A DNA stretch of 64,000 nt from Eledone cirrhosa (GCA_964016885.1 OZ024741.1:65100001-65164000); one strand, 5' to 3'; positions 24,126-38,530 are shown, counted from the first letter of the stretch. The notes: generated by a model not told the origin, from the sequence alone. Translations and numbers: made by a program.

Positions 24126-25981
24126 TATACATATTGGTTGGCCTGAAGCTAAAATAGAAGACACTGCTTGCTTAAGGTGTAATACAGTGGAGTGGAACCC
24201 AAAACCTAAACTACATACATGGGTTTTTAGCTGAATAGCAATAAATGGCCATATTTAGCATTGTGTTAACAGAGCTTTCACAATTAGAAATAGTATTAAA
24301 AATTAGGACACCTACTCTGGTCTGGTGCTTAGAACTCCCTACACCCTTGCTAGTCTGCTGCTTAAAATAATGTTAAGATATTCAAAGGCAGGGAAAGCAG
24401 TGAAGGTCAGAAATAATATAACAGATCTCATAAACAGTATGTAGTAGGTCACTAGATTGAAATGTTTTGTAAAGTAAAGATTACATCCCTTCCTTCGTAG
24501 TAATTTAACCCTTTCAATACTATATTTCTAATGATTTTCAAATGATCTTTTAAAAATAATCAAGGATTTTGAGCATTTAGTAATATAACAAACTTTCTTA
24601 TTATTTATCTAAGTTTGGAACATAGCTTAATAAAGGTTCTTTAATAAAATTAAAGTATTGTTCTCAAAATAAATACTGTCAAAATCTCATATGTTCGATA
24701 TTATGTGAGATAATTATGTACGATAAAGCCTTTACCATAAAAATACAATACTAAATATAGAGTAATGTAAAGGTGGTGGATTGTCAGAATCATGACAGCA
24801 TTCAACAAAATGCTTTTTGGTATTTAGATAATGTCACTTCTATTTTGAGTTGAAGTCCAACTGAGATTGATTTTGCCTTCATCGGTCTAAGGGGTTGATA
24901 TAATCGACTGTTCCCTTCTGTCAAATGTTTAGCCTTGATGAGTATTATTATTGTCATTATTAATAAGGTCAATATAGTAGTTAAAATGATAGAATATCAA
25001 ATGAAATATTTTTCAATATTTACTATCGTCCTTGAATACCATGTTAAGAATCCTACTGAGATCAACTTCAGATTCAACTCTCCACTGTAAACATACAAAC
25101 ATATCTATGACCTCGTACTGAATATACTTAAACACACATGTAATCACTTGACCTACATATATTTTACACACTTACTCAACAACCACATGTGTACACAAAC
25201 ACCTATTCTGTGAACTGATTCAATGAATGATCCTTCACATTGGTGCAAAACAACAAATGTTTTGACAAGGGGAAAAACCTAACACAAGTCTCTCATTTCC
25301 TTTAAGGAGCCCTATTTCCAATAGTGCATAAAGAGTACAGGCAATACCAATGGGATTTCAATTCAGAACGTATATAAATAAAATAAAAATAGAGATTTCT
25401 TCATTTGCTTCAATAGTACAGAAAAAAACATTTAAATACACAAGCAAATAAATATAAAGACAATCATGGAAATAACATGTAGAGAGTGTAAGTCCTTATT
25501 CACTTTATCTAGCCCTAGTTCCAGTGATGCATGAAAAGCAAAGACAACACCAGGGGGATTTCAATTCATGAAACATAAAAATAGAAATAATGATTTCTTC
25601 AATCATCATCATCATTGCTAGTAAGGGTGGGGGTGGGGGGAGGTCATCAACAGATTGGGTTGGTACTCATTTAAATGCATAGGCAAATATAAAAATGATC
25701 CTGGATTAGAATGTACTATTTTTCACACCACCTCCACCCATAACCTATCCCTTGAGATCTTCCATGTGTAATTTATTAGCTTACACTTTTGCTGTGTTCA
25801 GTGAAGATATGCTCTCCTCCACCTCTTCATCATCATTTAAAGTTCCTTTATATACTGGTAATGGTTGGACAAGTTGTCATGCCTAAGATCACTCAAGTAC
25901 TAGAGCTGATTTCATTAACTTTCCTTTTCTCTCCCCCACCCCAAAATTGCTGGCCTTGCGCCAAAACTAGAAACCATCATT

Positions 25982-26169
25982 CGGTGGATTGGCAGTATCG
26001 GTAGAGGGTCGGACGCCATGCTTTCCAGCATAGTTACGTCCCTTTACCATCTGAGTTCAAATCCCGCCGAGGTTGACTTTGCCTTTCATCCTTACGGGGT
26101 CGATAAAATAAAGTACCAGTAATGCACTGGTAATTGCTGGCCTTGTGCCTAAAGTAGAAACAATTATTT
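25982..26169 (+). mobile_element. SINE family 1 (young copy)
   Basis: Near-identical to 26317-26500 and 52321-52510. Confidence 0.9.
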
Positions 26170-26316
26170 CTATTATAAAGGTGTTCAAAATCTAAGAATT
26201 CTAAAATCAACAGGCAGGGGAGATGACTCCAAAAAAAATCAGTTAAATGGAATTTTTGGACAACAGATCTGTGTGGATCTCATCTTTAAAGTCAACACAC
26301 ACCAACATTATTTTAT

Positions 26317-26500
26317 GGTGGATTGGCAGTATCGGTAGAGTGTCGGACGCCATGCTTTCTAGCATAGTTACGTCCCTTTACCATCTGAGTTCAAATCCCG
26401 CCGAGGTTGACTTTGCCTTTCATCCTTACGGGGTCGATAAAATAAAGTACCAGTCATGCACTGGGTAATTGCTGGCCTTGTGCCTAAAGTAGAAACAATT
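26317..26500 (+). mobile_element. SINE family 1 (young copy) with TSD
   Basis: ATTATTTTATG duplicated at 26307-26317 and 26498-26508. Confidence 0.9.
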
Positions 26501-27240
26501 ATTTTATGTCTGTGTGGAAGTGCTAATAGATCAGCATCACTGCTTCTTCTAAGCTATATATATGGAGACAAAAAGCTAGTTGCACAAAAATAATGTAAAA
26601 ATTAATAATTATATTTATTGAAAATAATCTCTTAATTAACTGTTTCTGTTAACGATCTAGTGGGTTTTTCAAATACCACATTTGCACATCACATATTCAT
26701 GTCATTCCCACCTCATGTGTTCTGAAGCATGGCTGTAACCATCCATGTTTGACAGTGTTTGTATCAATGGCAAAGTTTTGTTTCAAATTCTGTAGATGGC
26801 TGACTGAGTTTTTATTGAAAGATATATTGATTTACTATGTCTAATACAAAAATTGCAAAGGCCATGAAGCACAAAAGAACAGCCATTTTTTTAAAAAGCC
26901 GAATAGCTTAACAAAATAGCAGAAACTTCTATACTGAAAGTTTATGAGGTCATGAACTTTCAGTTGCAAAAAATATTTATGTATGATTTAGAGAGTTATC
27001 TGTTTGTATTGTCAAGAGACAAAAGATGCTGGAGAATTTACTAGTGAAAAGATGTGTGATGATATTTAGAAACTTGAGTTTTTAAGTACCACTTAGAGAG
27101 AAAATAATAACAAAACCCATTACAGGATTGTAAACACGTTATGTGAGAATGTTAGATGAGTGAGAGTAAAACCAATCAATCCCAGAAGAGAGCATGTCTC
27201 TTATTAACAGTGTGTTGTGGGTTGTTAAAATGAATAATTA

Positions 27241-27541
27241 CTGTATTTATTGGCATATGATGATGATGATAACATGCACCCTAATTTTGTGACAGAAGGT
27301 TAAGTAAAAAAAAATTAAATAAAAGGCTTGTCAGCCCAACAATCATATACTGTATATACTCAAATATATGTGACTAGAAAACTGATAGTAAGAGAGGGGG
27401 AATTGGCTTATATACATCATCCAAACAATGTGTTGATTAGCTGCTTCAGCTTATAAAATGGGATTCAAATTTTTGCCCATTCTGAAACACAAAATGAGGT
27501 GTGTGGGGGGGGGGGATGCTTATATTCAAGTATATATATGG
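27241..27541. mobile_element. pogo/Tc2-like MITE
   Basis: TA-ctgtatttattggcatat ... ttatattcaagtatatatatgg-TA. Its right half is the reverse complement of 53661-54125. Confidence 0.55.
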
Positions 27542-27756
27542 TAGATATCTCAAAACAAATATTTACAGCATTGAAAAAGGCAAATAAATAGAAAGAAATA
27601 TCACATCTTTAATGTGTATTTAAGTTTCTTTTAAAAAAAAGTTCCATTACAGCTTTTCCTTTTAAAGAAATAGCAAAATAATTTTTCTCTTTTACAAAAA
27701 AGTAGCATGTATAACACGCAGGTAGATTTTAGGGAAAAATCGTGCATGTTATACAA

Positions 27757-27920
27757 CAGGTGTGGGCAACCTTTTTCATGCTGTGGGTTGCATAGGATGT
27801 GGCTCTTCATAAGGCAGGCTGCACTACTATAACATTTAAGGCAATTTTGGCATTAGGCGTGCCATTCAGAAATCCAAACGTGCTGCATGTGGTTCACTGG
27901 CTGCAGTTTGCCCATGACTG
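27757..27920. mobile_element. hAT (Charlie-like) MITE
   Basis: TIRs CAGGTGTGGGCAAC / GTTTGCCCATGACTG. TSD is not clear. Confidence 0.65.
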
Positions 27921-28320
27921 ACATACTCCAATAAGTATGGTATTTACATTCAGTTCAACCCATTAAATATATGGTAAATAACATCCAACTCATAGATAGC
28001 GAGTGAAGCAAAAATTTTGTATTTGAATTTCTGCAAATTTTCAACTGCTTTATTCAGAAAAAAATGTTTTAAGAATTAGCATATTTTCATATCTTAACAG
28101 TTACTGAAACCATAAACATCAACAAATATCTCATTATGGACTTCAAATTCTGATCTAAAGATTGTATAGTAGAATTTGTTTGTTTATTGTTTTTGTTGGA
28201 CTATTTAAGCTGCAGGTGTGCAATGTTTTATCATTTCAATAATCAGTTTCATGATTTTATACTCCATGAAATGGAGAATTAGTAATGTTGGGCAGAGTTA
28301 ATGATGCCACAGCAAGATTG

Positions 28321-28492
28321 CAGACTTGCCAACCTCTAAAAACCCAAACGGGGAATACCATGAAAAAAGGGCCCCAAAATGGGGAGAAATGAGGCAAAAT
28401 AGAGAGATTTTACATAATGAAAGCTATCCCCATTTCTCACCCACCCCATAGTGGGTAGATCTCCCCGTCGGACGGGAGAGTTGACAGGCCTG
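28321..28492. mobile_element. hAT-like MITE
   Basis: TIRs CAGACTTGCCAAC / GTTGACAGGCCTG with acggg subterminal motifs. Confidence 0.55.
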
Positions 28493-28950
28493 AGATTAAA
28501 ATATGACATTCCTCATTTAGCTCAGTAACACTGTGTAACTAGCACACCATGCAGATCTGGAGTTTTTTGATATAGGGAAAGAAATCAAGTTAATAATAGA
28601 TTTTGAAGCTTTGATGAGAAAATTCTAGAGTGTTTTCTCCATCTACAGTTACAATATTAAAATCTAAAGAAATTGTAGAAACCTCGGAGAATGAGCCTGT
28701 TGTTTTAAAGAACCTAAAGAAGTCAGATGCCTATCTAGCTAATTTGCATTGCAGGTAATTATGAATAATTATGAAACACTGATTACAAGATAAATGAAAT
28801 GACCCTGTAGCAAGAAATTGATAAACATCGCATACAACGTAGCTATACATGTTTTAAGTGATATCTTTGAAGAACTAGCTCCATTGTGCAAGATTCTATA
28901 GAAGAGTAGTTTAGCAAAAATTGAGTCACTTGATTTTGCATGAGGCAAAA

Positions 28951-29179
28951 TTAACCCTTTTGTTACTAATGAAATATTTTGTACTTTAACTAATTACTGA
29001 AGAATTTGGGAAGGATTTACTAAAATAATTTATTTGAGATGATATTTGTAACATAACAAAATGTTCTTTTATCTAGTAATGTTGGAAAGTTTTAATTTAA
29101 ATAGGAGCCCTTTAAAATAGGTGGTTTTGTTTCATAGAAACAGATGCAGTTTTGGGCAAGTTGATATCAAAAGGTTTAA
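28951..29179. mobile_element. piggyBac-like MITE family B
   Basis: TTAA-CCCTTT ... GATATCAAAAGGT-TTAA. Confidence 0.75.
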
Positions 29180-30039
29180 GAGAAAACAGTATCTGAAAAA
29201 ACAAATGTTGCACAAAGAGACAAATTTCAGAAAACACCTATAAGTAGATACAAATTTGCTGTTGATATTTATATATCATATTTGTGTCTTATTTAGAAGA
29301 AAGTTTTGCTGAAGAATGGTCAGTTTTTGATTTCCCTGCAATGTCATGACAACCTTCCTAATGTTAGTGATCTACACACAGTACACTCTGTAAAGCAGCT
29401 GAAAATAGGAAAGGCATCCAGTTGTAGAAAACCTACCTAAAAAGGCTTCAGAGGACTCTTCAACAGTGTCAAAGGCATGGCAACCTCTCTAGAGCTGGTG
29501 TCATAATACAATACACTTGGTAGAGTACAGGAATGTATGTGGGCAAGAAGAAAGTCCCTGGTCCTTCTGAGAAGTCAATAGCTCTGCTTGAGTACTAACC
29601 TAGTCTGTGGCTTCCCTTGATAGCCTAAAAGGGGGTGTTTATATATGCTTGCTACCAGGGAAAACAAACATTAAATGGTGATGATGATGATTTGGATATG
29701 ATCATGTTAATGCCTTATATTTGAAATACCATGATTTTCTACAATAGTTAGACAGTATGTTTATAGATTTTCCATGTAAAAAAAAATTACATCCAAACTT
29801 TTCTCAAATGTCAAGTACTGAGATCAAATTAATTGACTTTCCTCATCCCTCCAAATTGCTGGTCTTGTGCCTAAATTAGAAACCATTCATTTAGTTTGAC
29901 ATTGCATTGCATAAAAATAAATAATACTTATTGAGGTTTTGATTAATGAAACAACAAACTGACCAAAGTAAAGAATATAATCTTAAACTAAATATGCTAC
30001 TTTATAGAATGTAATGGTACTGGTATTATATTGACTTCT

Positions 30040-30560
30040 GTGGTTTGTCTTGCCACCTGAATACTGGTCACTTTGCTTGCCATACCGAGCTAAACTTTAT
30101 CATTAAGCATATCCTGGCCTGGATAAATATCCTCTCAATTCTAGAGCCAGCTGGATTGGCCAGAGTTGACAGGAAGAGACCAGATGGTCTTAACCTTTGT
30201 CCTTGGGTAAGAGGCAGATGTCTCATTTGGGATGCCACAGTCAGTGACTCTTTAGCTCCTTCCCACATCCTGGATGCTATGGTAAATGGGAGGGTCACTG
30301 CTTCTGTAGCCCAACAAAATAAAATTCTAAAATACTGGGAATTATCAGCAAACTATTTGTTCCAGCCTGTGGCATTTAAGATGTTTGGTGGAGGTGGGTC
30401 ACTGACAACAAAGTTCTTATCGTTGGCAGCTTGCCATACCAATGTGTCAGGTGGTGCCCATAAGGGTGCTTGGTTGTTCCAGCGCCTTGTGGTTATGCTG
30501 TGAGTGTGTTGGCTTGCTTCAAAAAGTATTAGAGAGAGGCTCTGGCACTCTTTGTGGTGT
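30040..30560 (+). mobile_element. CRE-like non-LTR retrotransposon 3' fragment (RLE domain)
   Basis: CH..GHFACHTELN..LEPAGLARVDRKRPDG..WDATVSD..KILKY..FQPVAF..WLFQRL, showing the PD..D..K-type nuclease motifs. Confidence 0.88.
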
Positions 30561-30677
30561 GTGACTAATTGACACAGTGTTGAATTAATATTTTCTTTCG
30601 TTTTGATTCTTTATTTTTATATGAAATATTTATGTATATTGTATATATTATTTGCGTGTGTGTAAATAATATAATTT

Positions 30678-30850
30678 AGGCAAAAGGCCAGTGAATTTAA
30701 GGGATGAGCGAAGTTTATAAAATCAACACTATCCCAGAAGGATGAAAAGTAAAGTTGATCTTAATTGGATTTGAACTCAGAATGTAAAGAGCCAGAACAA
30801 TTACCACAATGGTATTTTATATGATGCTCTTTCAATTCTGCTAAACTACC
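30678..30850 (-). mobile_element. SINE family 1, older subfamily
   Basis: aggatgaaaagtaaagttgatc...gatttgaactcagaatgtaaagagcc. Confidence 0.7.
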
Positions 30851-31609
30851 TATATTAAAACAGGAGAGGTGATAAAACTCTCATATGATACCACCACCAT
30901 CACAAAATTTATTTTATTAAAATCCCACCATAATATTTTTAAATGTTTCCTTTAAAATGTTATACATGTCTGTCGGCGATGTTTTCAGGCCCTCATTAAA
31001 GCATGCCAAAAAGTTTTATTAACCACCTCAAAGATAGGATAAACCACAAGGTGCACTTAATTTTTAGTCACAGGAAACAAATTTACACACCGTGAGATTT
31101 TGAGGCACATTAACTACTAAAAATTAGAGGGTACATAGCCAAGGAAGCAGACATGCGTTTCTTAACACAAATTTGCTATCTTGTAACAGAATAGGCGGAA
31201 GCAGGGAAGGGATGTCAGTAGCGAGGAACACACGATCTGCTCTTTAGTTTGAGTTAAGACAGTGATCATAGTATTCGTATAGGTGTGAGTGGGGTCTGTG
31301 TCGTAGTTACACATTTATAATCTAACCGATTACATTACACGCGTAGTTAAATAGGAAACTGGCGATGATGGTAAAAAAATTGGTTGGGTTGAATTACAGA
31401 ATCGAATAAGTTTCGTTGTTATATAATTTGTTTTGTTAAATAATACACGCGCTTTTAAAATAAAGTTATTTTAAAAATGTACTTGAAGCGTAAAGTATAT
31501 TTTTTACAAGGTTGAAAACTGGATTTTTAAAAAACATTATGAGAATCTTTTTTATCTTTAAATATATGTCCATTTACATTTACTAACAAAATATATTTAA
31601 CGTTTCTTG

Positions 31610-31650
<41 letters not shown>

Positions 31651-31653
<3 letters not shown>

Positions 31654-32036
31654 CGGTTGAGAGAAGAGTACTCAATACCGAAGTAATCTTGTAATGAGGC
31701 TTGCAGAATGGTGAGTCCGCCATTCTGGACGCTGCTGCCTTGCAGAAGTCCCAAATCGAAGCTCTGACACTCTCGTCCCCATCATTCAGCAGGGATTTTG
31801 CCAGGCAGCCGCATCATCTCCGATGATTGGGCTTCCTATTTGGAAATTGAAGGTGGGATTTACGTTCATGATGTTGTGGTGCACGAACGGAACTTTGTAG
31901 ATCCTGCGGACCTTGATGTGCACACACAGCTCATAAAGAACACATGGAGCCGTGCAAAGAAGAAGCTTCGTCGCCAGCATGTGCAAGCCTCATTACAAGA
32001 TTACTTCGGTATTGAGTACTCTTCTCTCAACCGTCA
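31651..32036 (+). mobile_element. Merlin/IS1595-family DDE transposase fragment enclosed by perfect 55-bp inverted repeats
   Basis: EVPNRSSDTLVPIIQQ/ILPGSRIISDDWASY..H..VVHERNFVDP..HTQLIKNTW (1-bp frameshift). IRs at 31651-31705 and 31982-32036. Confidence 0.85.
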
Positions 32037-32459
32037 ACTACACACACACACACACATATACATATATATATAATCAGTTAAAACGACACTCATTTAGATC
32101 TAAACACACACACAAAATGTAAACACGACGTTCGAAAATGAAAATAAATTTACTTTCACTTTCCCGAACGCCCGTCTTAACGTATGCCTATATATATATA
32201 TATATATACATATACACACTCATTGTATGTGTATCGGTGGGGGTGAAAAGTCCGAGGGTTCCCTTCCCGTCTCTTTTCTTGAGAAAAAAACCCTCTGCAC
32301 CATATTAGTAGGTAAGCTTAATTGATAGCACACGAAAAAAAAATAATAAACGAAGGAAAAAGATTATTTTTAACATTTTTATAATATACAAAAAAATATT
32401 TCCGACTGAAATCGGAGGGAGTGATTTCTATAAATGTACTATATATATATATATATATA

Positions 32460-32730
32460 ATAGTACCACCTGGCTAATATATACATATATTGTAGTTTTT
32501 CCAAATTGAAGGATGAGTATTTAAACTTTATTTTATTCAGAGTTAATGCTCTATTGATTTTTCCCTGGATTTCACAAAATTCTATGGATAAATCTATGTC
32601 TTGATTTTTTTTTAATTGAGTTTGAATTATTTTCCCACATCTTACGTTAATTATTTTCCATTTTGACGTTATAGTCACTTATATATTATGAAATACTGTT
32701 GGTGCCTCACAATAATTTCTATACTTTCAT
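32460..32730. mobile_element. Unclassified TA-flanked repeat (uninterrupted copy of 40944-41806)
   Basis: Highly similar to 40944-41096 plus 41713-41806. Confidence 0.7.
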
Positions 32731-33933
32731 ATATATATATATATATATATACATGCATTTGCCGATGGCTAGTGCTAATCACCTGACCGCGAAAGCACCG
32801 CCTGTCAAACTCTCATTTGGTCAGCATGGATAAACAAATAGGCCTTTACAACCAGCAGTGTGGATCGCCAACGGCTGATGTAACCCAAAGAAATTTGGAG
32901 AATATATTTACACACGTGTCTCGTTTGACCTAGATAACAAACACTATATGTATATGCCTGTAAATAAAAATACATGCGCTCGGCCTAGTAAATAAATAAA
33001 CCGATTTAACGATGCAGAACAATATAGCTTTAACTCTAAAGTACGGCGGGCTTTCATGCAGATCGTCACGTTGTCAATGTTTTCATATTTTTATTTTTCT
33101 CCCACATCTGACATTACTAATGTCAATGATCAAGCTGTTGCAATTCGGATTTGAAATTGCTTAACAGCGCACTCATTTAAGGCTTCAGTTTTTAAATTTT
33201 CTTTACACATACAGTTGTTATTGTTTAGCAAACCTGTGGTGAGACATTCTAGCCGTGACTACTTAATCTTTTATTCAGAACTAGGCTGCCCATTTTTACG
33301 ATATTCGGGTGTGATCTTGAAGGAAACACGAAGGTTATTTTTACGTGAAGACTCATTCTAAACATGTATGTGTATACAAAACCATGCAAGTCTATAAACA
33401 AACGATATATTACATTGAAAGGAGAAGTTTCTTGAATTACAACTTTGAGTTTCAAGCTGCTGATTATTCAAACGATTGAAGTAGAGAAACAGCGTTACAA
33501 TATATAAACAATACGTGTAAAATACTATAAATAATAATAATGTTTCTACTTTTGGCGCAAGGCCAGCAATTACCCAATAATAATAATAATTTGCTTCTGT
33601 AATAAACAAAATTAGAAAAATAACTGAAATTTTAAACTAATATGCGACTTATGACCCACACGCACTATCTCTCTCAGATGTTGATTAAAGCTTGCATGGG
33701 GCTCCTTACTGAACATTTGATAGGGGCTCTTGTATATAATTTATGGTAGCAAGAAAAAAATATAATGATAATAATAATTTTTGGCTCTTTAAATATCGTG
33801 GAGTCTCTGGCTGCAATCCAGTTACTCCCTCACGCCTAGTCACCACTGATATACATATATTACCTTGATAGGTTTCGGCCAGTATTGGCCCAGACCATAC
33901 CTAACTTAATAGCACCACCTGGCTAATATATAC

Positions 33934-33966
<33 letters not shown>

Positions 33967-35369
33967 ATATATCGATTGTATTTTTTCTTCTAGTGTTAAG
34001 CTCCAAGTCAGCCCTATACGAATGGACAGTAATCACCCCATTTAATATAAGTAGATTCTATCAAGCACTACATGATCCAAGAGTACCTGTAAAAAATAAC
34101 AGCTCTCAAATTCCCTTTGATTGTCTTTATTTTTATAAACTAAATGCAATAACTCAATGGTTATATTTTACACATGTTGTCAATTCTGAAGGAGACTTAT
34201 GATGAAAGGCATTCCAGCCGTCATCTTTTGTTTCAAAACTAATGTCTTTAGGTTTACATTATCCAGCGTGTTTTATTTTTACAACCGCGATTAGGGTATA
34301 ATTTGAGAGAGATTTGGCTAACAAGGCGAACGACTTCATTGGCTCCTTGTGGTTGACACAGTTTGTTTATGAGTATACTGTTGTGTATTTTTAATGAAAA
34401 GCACTGCATATGCTTTTCAAATAATGAAGAATTTGAATGGATTTCGTAATAAACTAATTTATTATTAAGCTGGGACATAACTTAACAAAAAACGTCCTTA
34501 CAGAGAAATATGATGGTTATTTTTTCAGATATAACACGGGCTGTTTGTTATTAAATGGGTTTTATATTTTGGAGGTGGGTAATTTAAAATTAAATAGCGT
34601 GGCCATAAGTGGGACAAGTAAAAGGGCAAATAGAGTTTCTGTGCTGATATTGTCAACTGAAGTCAGAATAGAGTATTTACGAGATTGAACATTCAAACTC
34701 CGTTTAACTTCAAAAGATTTTAAAAAATAAAGAGCCCAGTTAGGAAACAAGATATATAGGATAAGCACGTTTCATATTGTTGAAAAAATGCAGAAACTGC
34801 TGTATTGTTGCTCATACCAGGGCAGTAGGACAAGTATGGGCATTAGCCGAATTACTCCCGCGGCAATTGACACAGACAAGCAGCCAGTCTGTGTCAATTT
34901 TTATTTATATATTTATTTATCCTTCCGCAAAGGAAACATGAGGCGTATACTCAATACCATAAGACATGTAATATAGGAAAAATTATTTTCTTCGACATGT
35001 GGTACTTGCTAAACATATCAGATATACAGATAGACACGTAGCAAAGAAAGTCTTCGAAAAAGTTACTGCAGCAGTGCAGCTAGTATGTATATAAAGAATG
35101 CAATAGTATCTATTTTTCGTAGTAGATTACTGCTAGCTAATATCGACTGGGTGGGATAAAAATCAATGAACTATATATATAAGTCTCTCCTCTTTATTTT
35201 TAGTTTGCGTCAACTCATCCACATTCTATCATGAATAAATTTTCTTTTAACCTAAACAAGAAGTCTGGAATTCTTTTTCTTTTGAAGTGTGGTATTAAGA
35301 AGCTTTGATGGTCATGCCTTTTTCTGAGATCCTTAATTACAATCGTATACAAAAACTTCTAATTACTAG

Positions 35370-35540
35370 CCAACGAGAGCCTCTATGTGACCGCGTACCC
35401 TGTTAGTAATAGCAACCAACTCTCCCTAAAATTACACCCGTCTTTTAAAAAGGGATTCGTTGCTTAATATTGTCCGAAAAAATGACTGGGACATCTTTGA
35501 TCATGTCTGCTCATCCAGGACTGACATGGAGCTAAACAAG
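35370..35540 (+). mobile_element. Unclassified interspersed repeat (tagcagccaaatctccc...ggggctaaacaac family)
   Basis: Decayed copies also at about 6215-6315, 15045-15165, 17170-17370, 35995-36320, 53160-53380 and reverse at 58830-58940. Confidence 0.55.
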
Positions 35541-37287
35541 GAATTGAAAAGTGTTGTAGGGGAGCTGTTAGTCAGTTTTTTGTTTTGTTTAGGTGTTATG
35601 TTATTCATCCCATGATTGGCCTTAACCTAGTCGACCTATAATTAAAAGCGTTCCATCCATGCCCATTCCATCTTTTTTTTCAAACAGTGTATCCAAGACT
35701 ACATTATAAATTAATGCATCCGACATTTAAATAAAAAGACTGATTTGGTTCCTATTCCCAGCAAGTCGATCAAGCATGTAAAAGCTTTGTTACGGTCGTG
35801 CAACTGCATGGAAAAGTAATGGCATTTTATTTTATCAACTTCAGTAGGATTAGAACTCGGAACATAAAGAGCCGTAACGAAATAAGACTGGCTATTTACT
35901 GATAATGCCAACTTCTTTACTTGCCACAAGACAAAAAGTACTTACAATACAAATACACAAACGTGGGAATAGATTATCTCAAATATCTATCCTAGCCAAC
36001 AAGGAGACTTGTACTTACTCGTTCGATTTGCTGGAAATAACAGTCAGATTTCCATTAAATTACACCCTAAGTACTGTCTCGAAAAAAAGGGAACAGCAAT
36101 CCTTCATGAGATTTTTGGCGATTTTTTCGTACATCAGAGATTGCCGAACACTCACACGCACTATATATATATAAACACACGAAAACGAAATTGAGCGGTA
36201 ACTACCGAAGTCATTGCTTACATGGGATGGACCTTAGACGAAGGAAAGCCAAAACACGTTGGAGAATGTGGTTCATTTAGTGCCCGGAAAAATAAACGGC
36301 CGACATGAGGTTTAAACAACAACATAAGATTTTTTTATCAGGGTGGAGTAATGAGATGCAATGGCATTAATGACAAATAAATATTTAATATGTAGAGGCT
36401 TTTTTGTTTTATTCTAACATCCTTAAAAGTCGGGAAGTAGAGGCGGAGAAAACAACAAAACAAAAAAAATTGAAACCAAACAACGACAACCATTGTTTTT
36501 TCCGTAATTAAGAATCACATGCGCCAATTTACAACAGAGTAATTAGAATAACATTCATTAGACATACATCATACATATATATGTGTGTATGTGTGCCACA
36601 TCATATATATGTTTGTGTGTATATATATATTATAAAGACACAGAGAGATGGTGAGAGAGAGAGATGGTGATATACAGAGAGAGAAATAAACACATGGTTC
36701 TCAATATTTTTGCATTGCTTACCTTATGATGAGCCATTGTTGATAGGGAGCTAGCTATAAGCAAATGGATGTAGATGTAACAGATATGTGTGTGTATATA
36801 TATGTATATATAAATATAATCCGGCCTTTTTTTTTTAATCCAGTGTCTGTAAACAATGTTATGCTTCCAGCGAATTAATTTCAATGTAAATAAAAAAATG
36901 TTTTCTTTTTTTTTAAATAATACCAATCCGAAAAACTATGTGACAACAAACAAGCTGTTTTTGTTGTTGTTTTTACTTACTCCAGTGCAAACCCGACGCT
37001 CCCCTCTTACTAAGAGGGCAACATTCGTGGAGACATTGATCGCATCTCCCGCTTTCTCTAAGTCTGTATGTATATATGTATGTATGTGTAGTATGTAGTT
37101 GTAGATTTATTTATTTATTCTAAAAAAGAAAACAAACGTTCACTTTCTTAGGGGTTGTTTCTTAGGGAGCAGGCGTGCTCAATCGTGTATATGTATGTGT
37201 TCGCCTCATTGTTAAACAAATGCTGAAATGAATATATGGGAGGGGAGGAGGAACATGTAAGACATGGTATGTTTATATGCAGAGCTG

Positions 37288-37324
<37 letters not shown>

Positions 37325-37822
37325 GAATGAGAGGGTAATAAATACTGTGGGCAGAGGAGGTGCTAACGGAGGGCGTGTTAAACGTACGTATTATATATGT
37401 GTGTATGCAATAACACGTCTATATATATATATTGATACAGGCACAGTTTATAATGCTGTATATATGTTCATAAATATACGTATACGTTATAATACAGATT
37501 TTTAGAGGTTAAAAGATTTAAATGACGCTTGTTCGATGTGTGTGTGAGAGTATATATATGTGCAAGTGAATGTATGTATTACATGGGACGATGCGTCACT
37601 CCATGTGGCAACTCGTAGAACAAGACAACAAATGTTAGCAGCTCGTAGAACAAGACAACAATTTTTAGTAGCGCCGAGAACCAGGTGGAATAGAAGGGAT
37701 GAGCCGGTGGATAACGAGGGGTGGGACAACATTCATTCTAACACCATCATCATCAACATGCCTTTTATTGTCGCTCATGTTGAACTGACCGTCTGTCTGT
37801 ACGTATATGTGTTTGTATGATG

Positions 37823-37869
<47 letters not shown>

Positions 37870-37880
<11 letters not shown>

Positions 37881-38050
37881 AGGTGTTGTGACTATAAAAC
37901 TGCACAATCAAAAAGGAAAAGAATGAGTACTCGATACGTGTTGTTGTTTCATCATATTTATACATATAACATCATAGAAATATGTATAACAAATATTTTA
38001 AATATTTCGATGTTGTTTTTGGAGGTTAACTTCATTAGGGCCGTTAAATA
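37870..38050 (-). mobile_element. Penelope-like terminal fragment with degenerate HHR
   Basis: Minus strand reads CTAATGA-AGTT..AACATC-GAAA, then GTATCGAGTACTC (37925-37937). TA-flanked. Confidence 0.45.
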
Positions 38051-38329
38051 TCTCTGAAAAGATTCGAATGAAACAACATATCTCTCTCTCTATGTATCAC
38101 ACTCTGCATATATAAACACTGCAGTCCTCCGTAGAGTGTTTGAATAATAATAATAATGATGATAATATAATGTATCTACATTTCTTATTACAGTTATAAA
38201 ACATGTGCTTCACGCGTTGTATATGTATACACACAAATAAGTCAGCGGTGGAAATAACTAACACACGCACATACATACACCTCTTACGTCTTCATTCTAT
38301 GATGGATGGCAGGAATATATATGTATAAA

Positions 38330-38530
38330 TTTCTAATTTAGGCACAAGGCCAACAAAATTTAGGGGCAGAAGGGCAAAATTAATGGAAGTTTGACTAGTA
38401 CTTTATTTTATCAACCACAGAAAGATTTAAAATAAAGTTGACCATGGCGGGATTTCAATTCAGAATGTAAAGAGCCAGAACAAATACCGCAATGTCATGT
38501 TATCCGACGTTCAACTAATTCTATACTGTG
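38330..38530 (-). mobile_element. SINE family 1, older subfamily
   Basis: tttctaatttaggcacaaggcc...tactttattttatc...ggcgggatttcaattcagaatgtaaagagcc. Confidence 0.75.

Noticed and set aside
28649-28754. Apparent AG..GT-bounded exon (TILKSKEIVETSENEP...)
   Set aside because: The frame extends upstream as SPSTVTILKSKE, resembling a pogo/Tigger HTH relic, and there are no partner exons. Neither reading is well supported.
32757-32797. GTGCTA..CTGACCGCGAAAGCAC as a type III hammerhead
   Set aside because: The core is CUGACCG rather than CUGANGA, and helices I and II cannot form.
37560-37820. ORF with a RRTRQQ repeat as a neuropeptide precursor
   Set aside because: It is a 30-bp tandem duplication in an ORF that begins and ends in microsatellite-like sequence, with no signal peptide.
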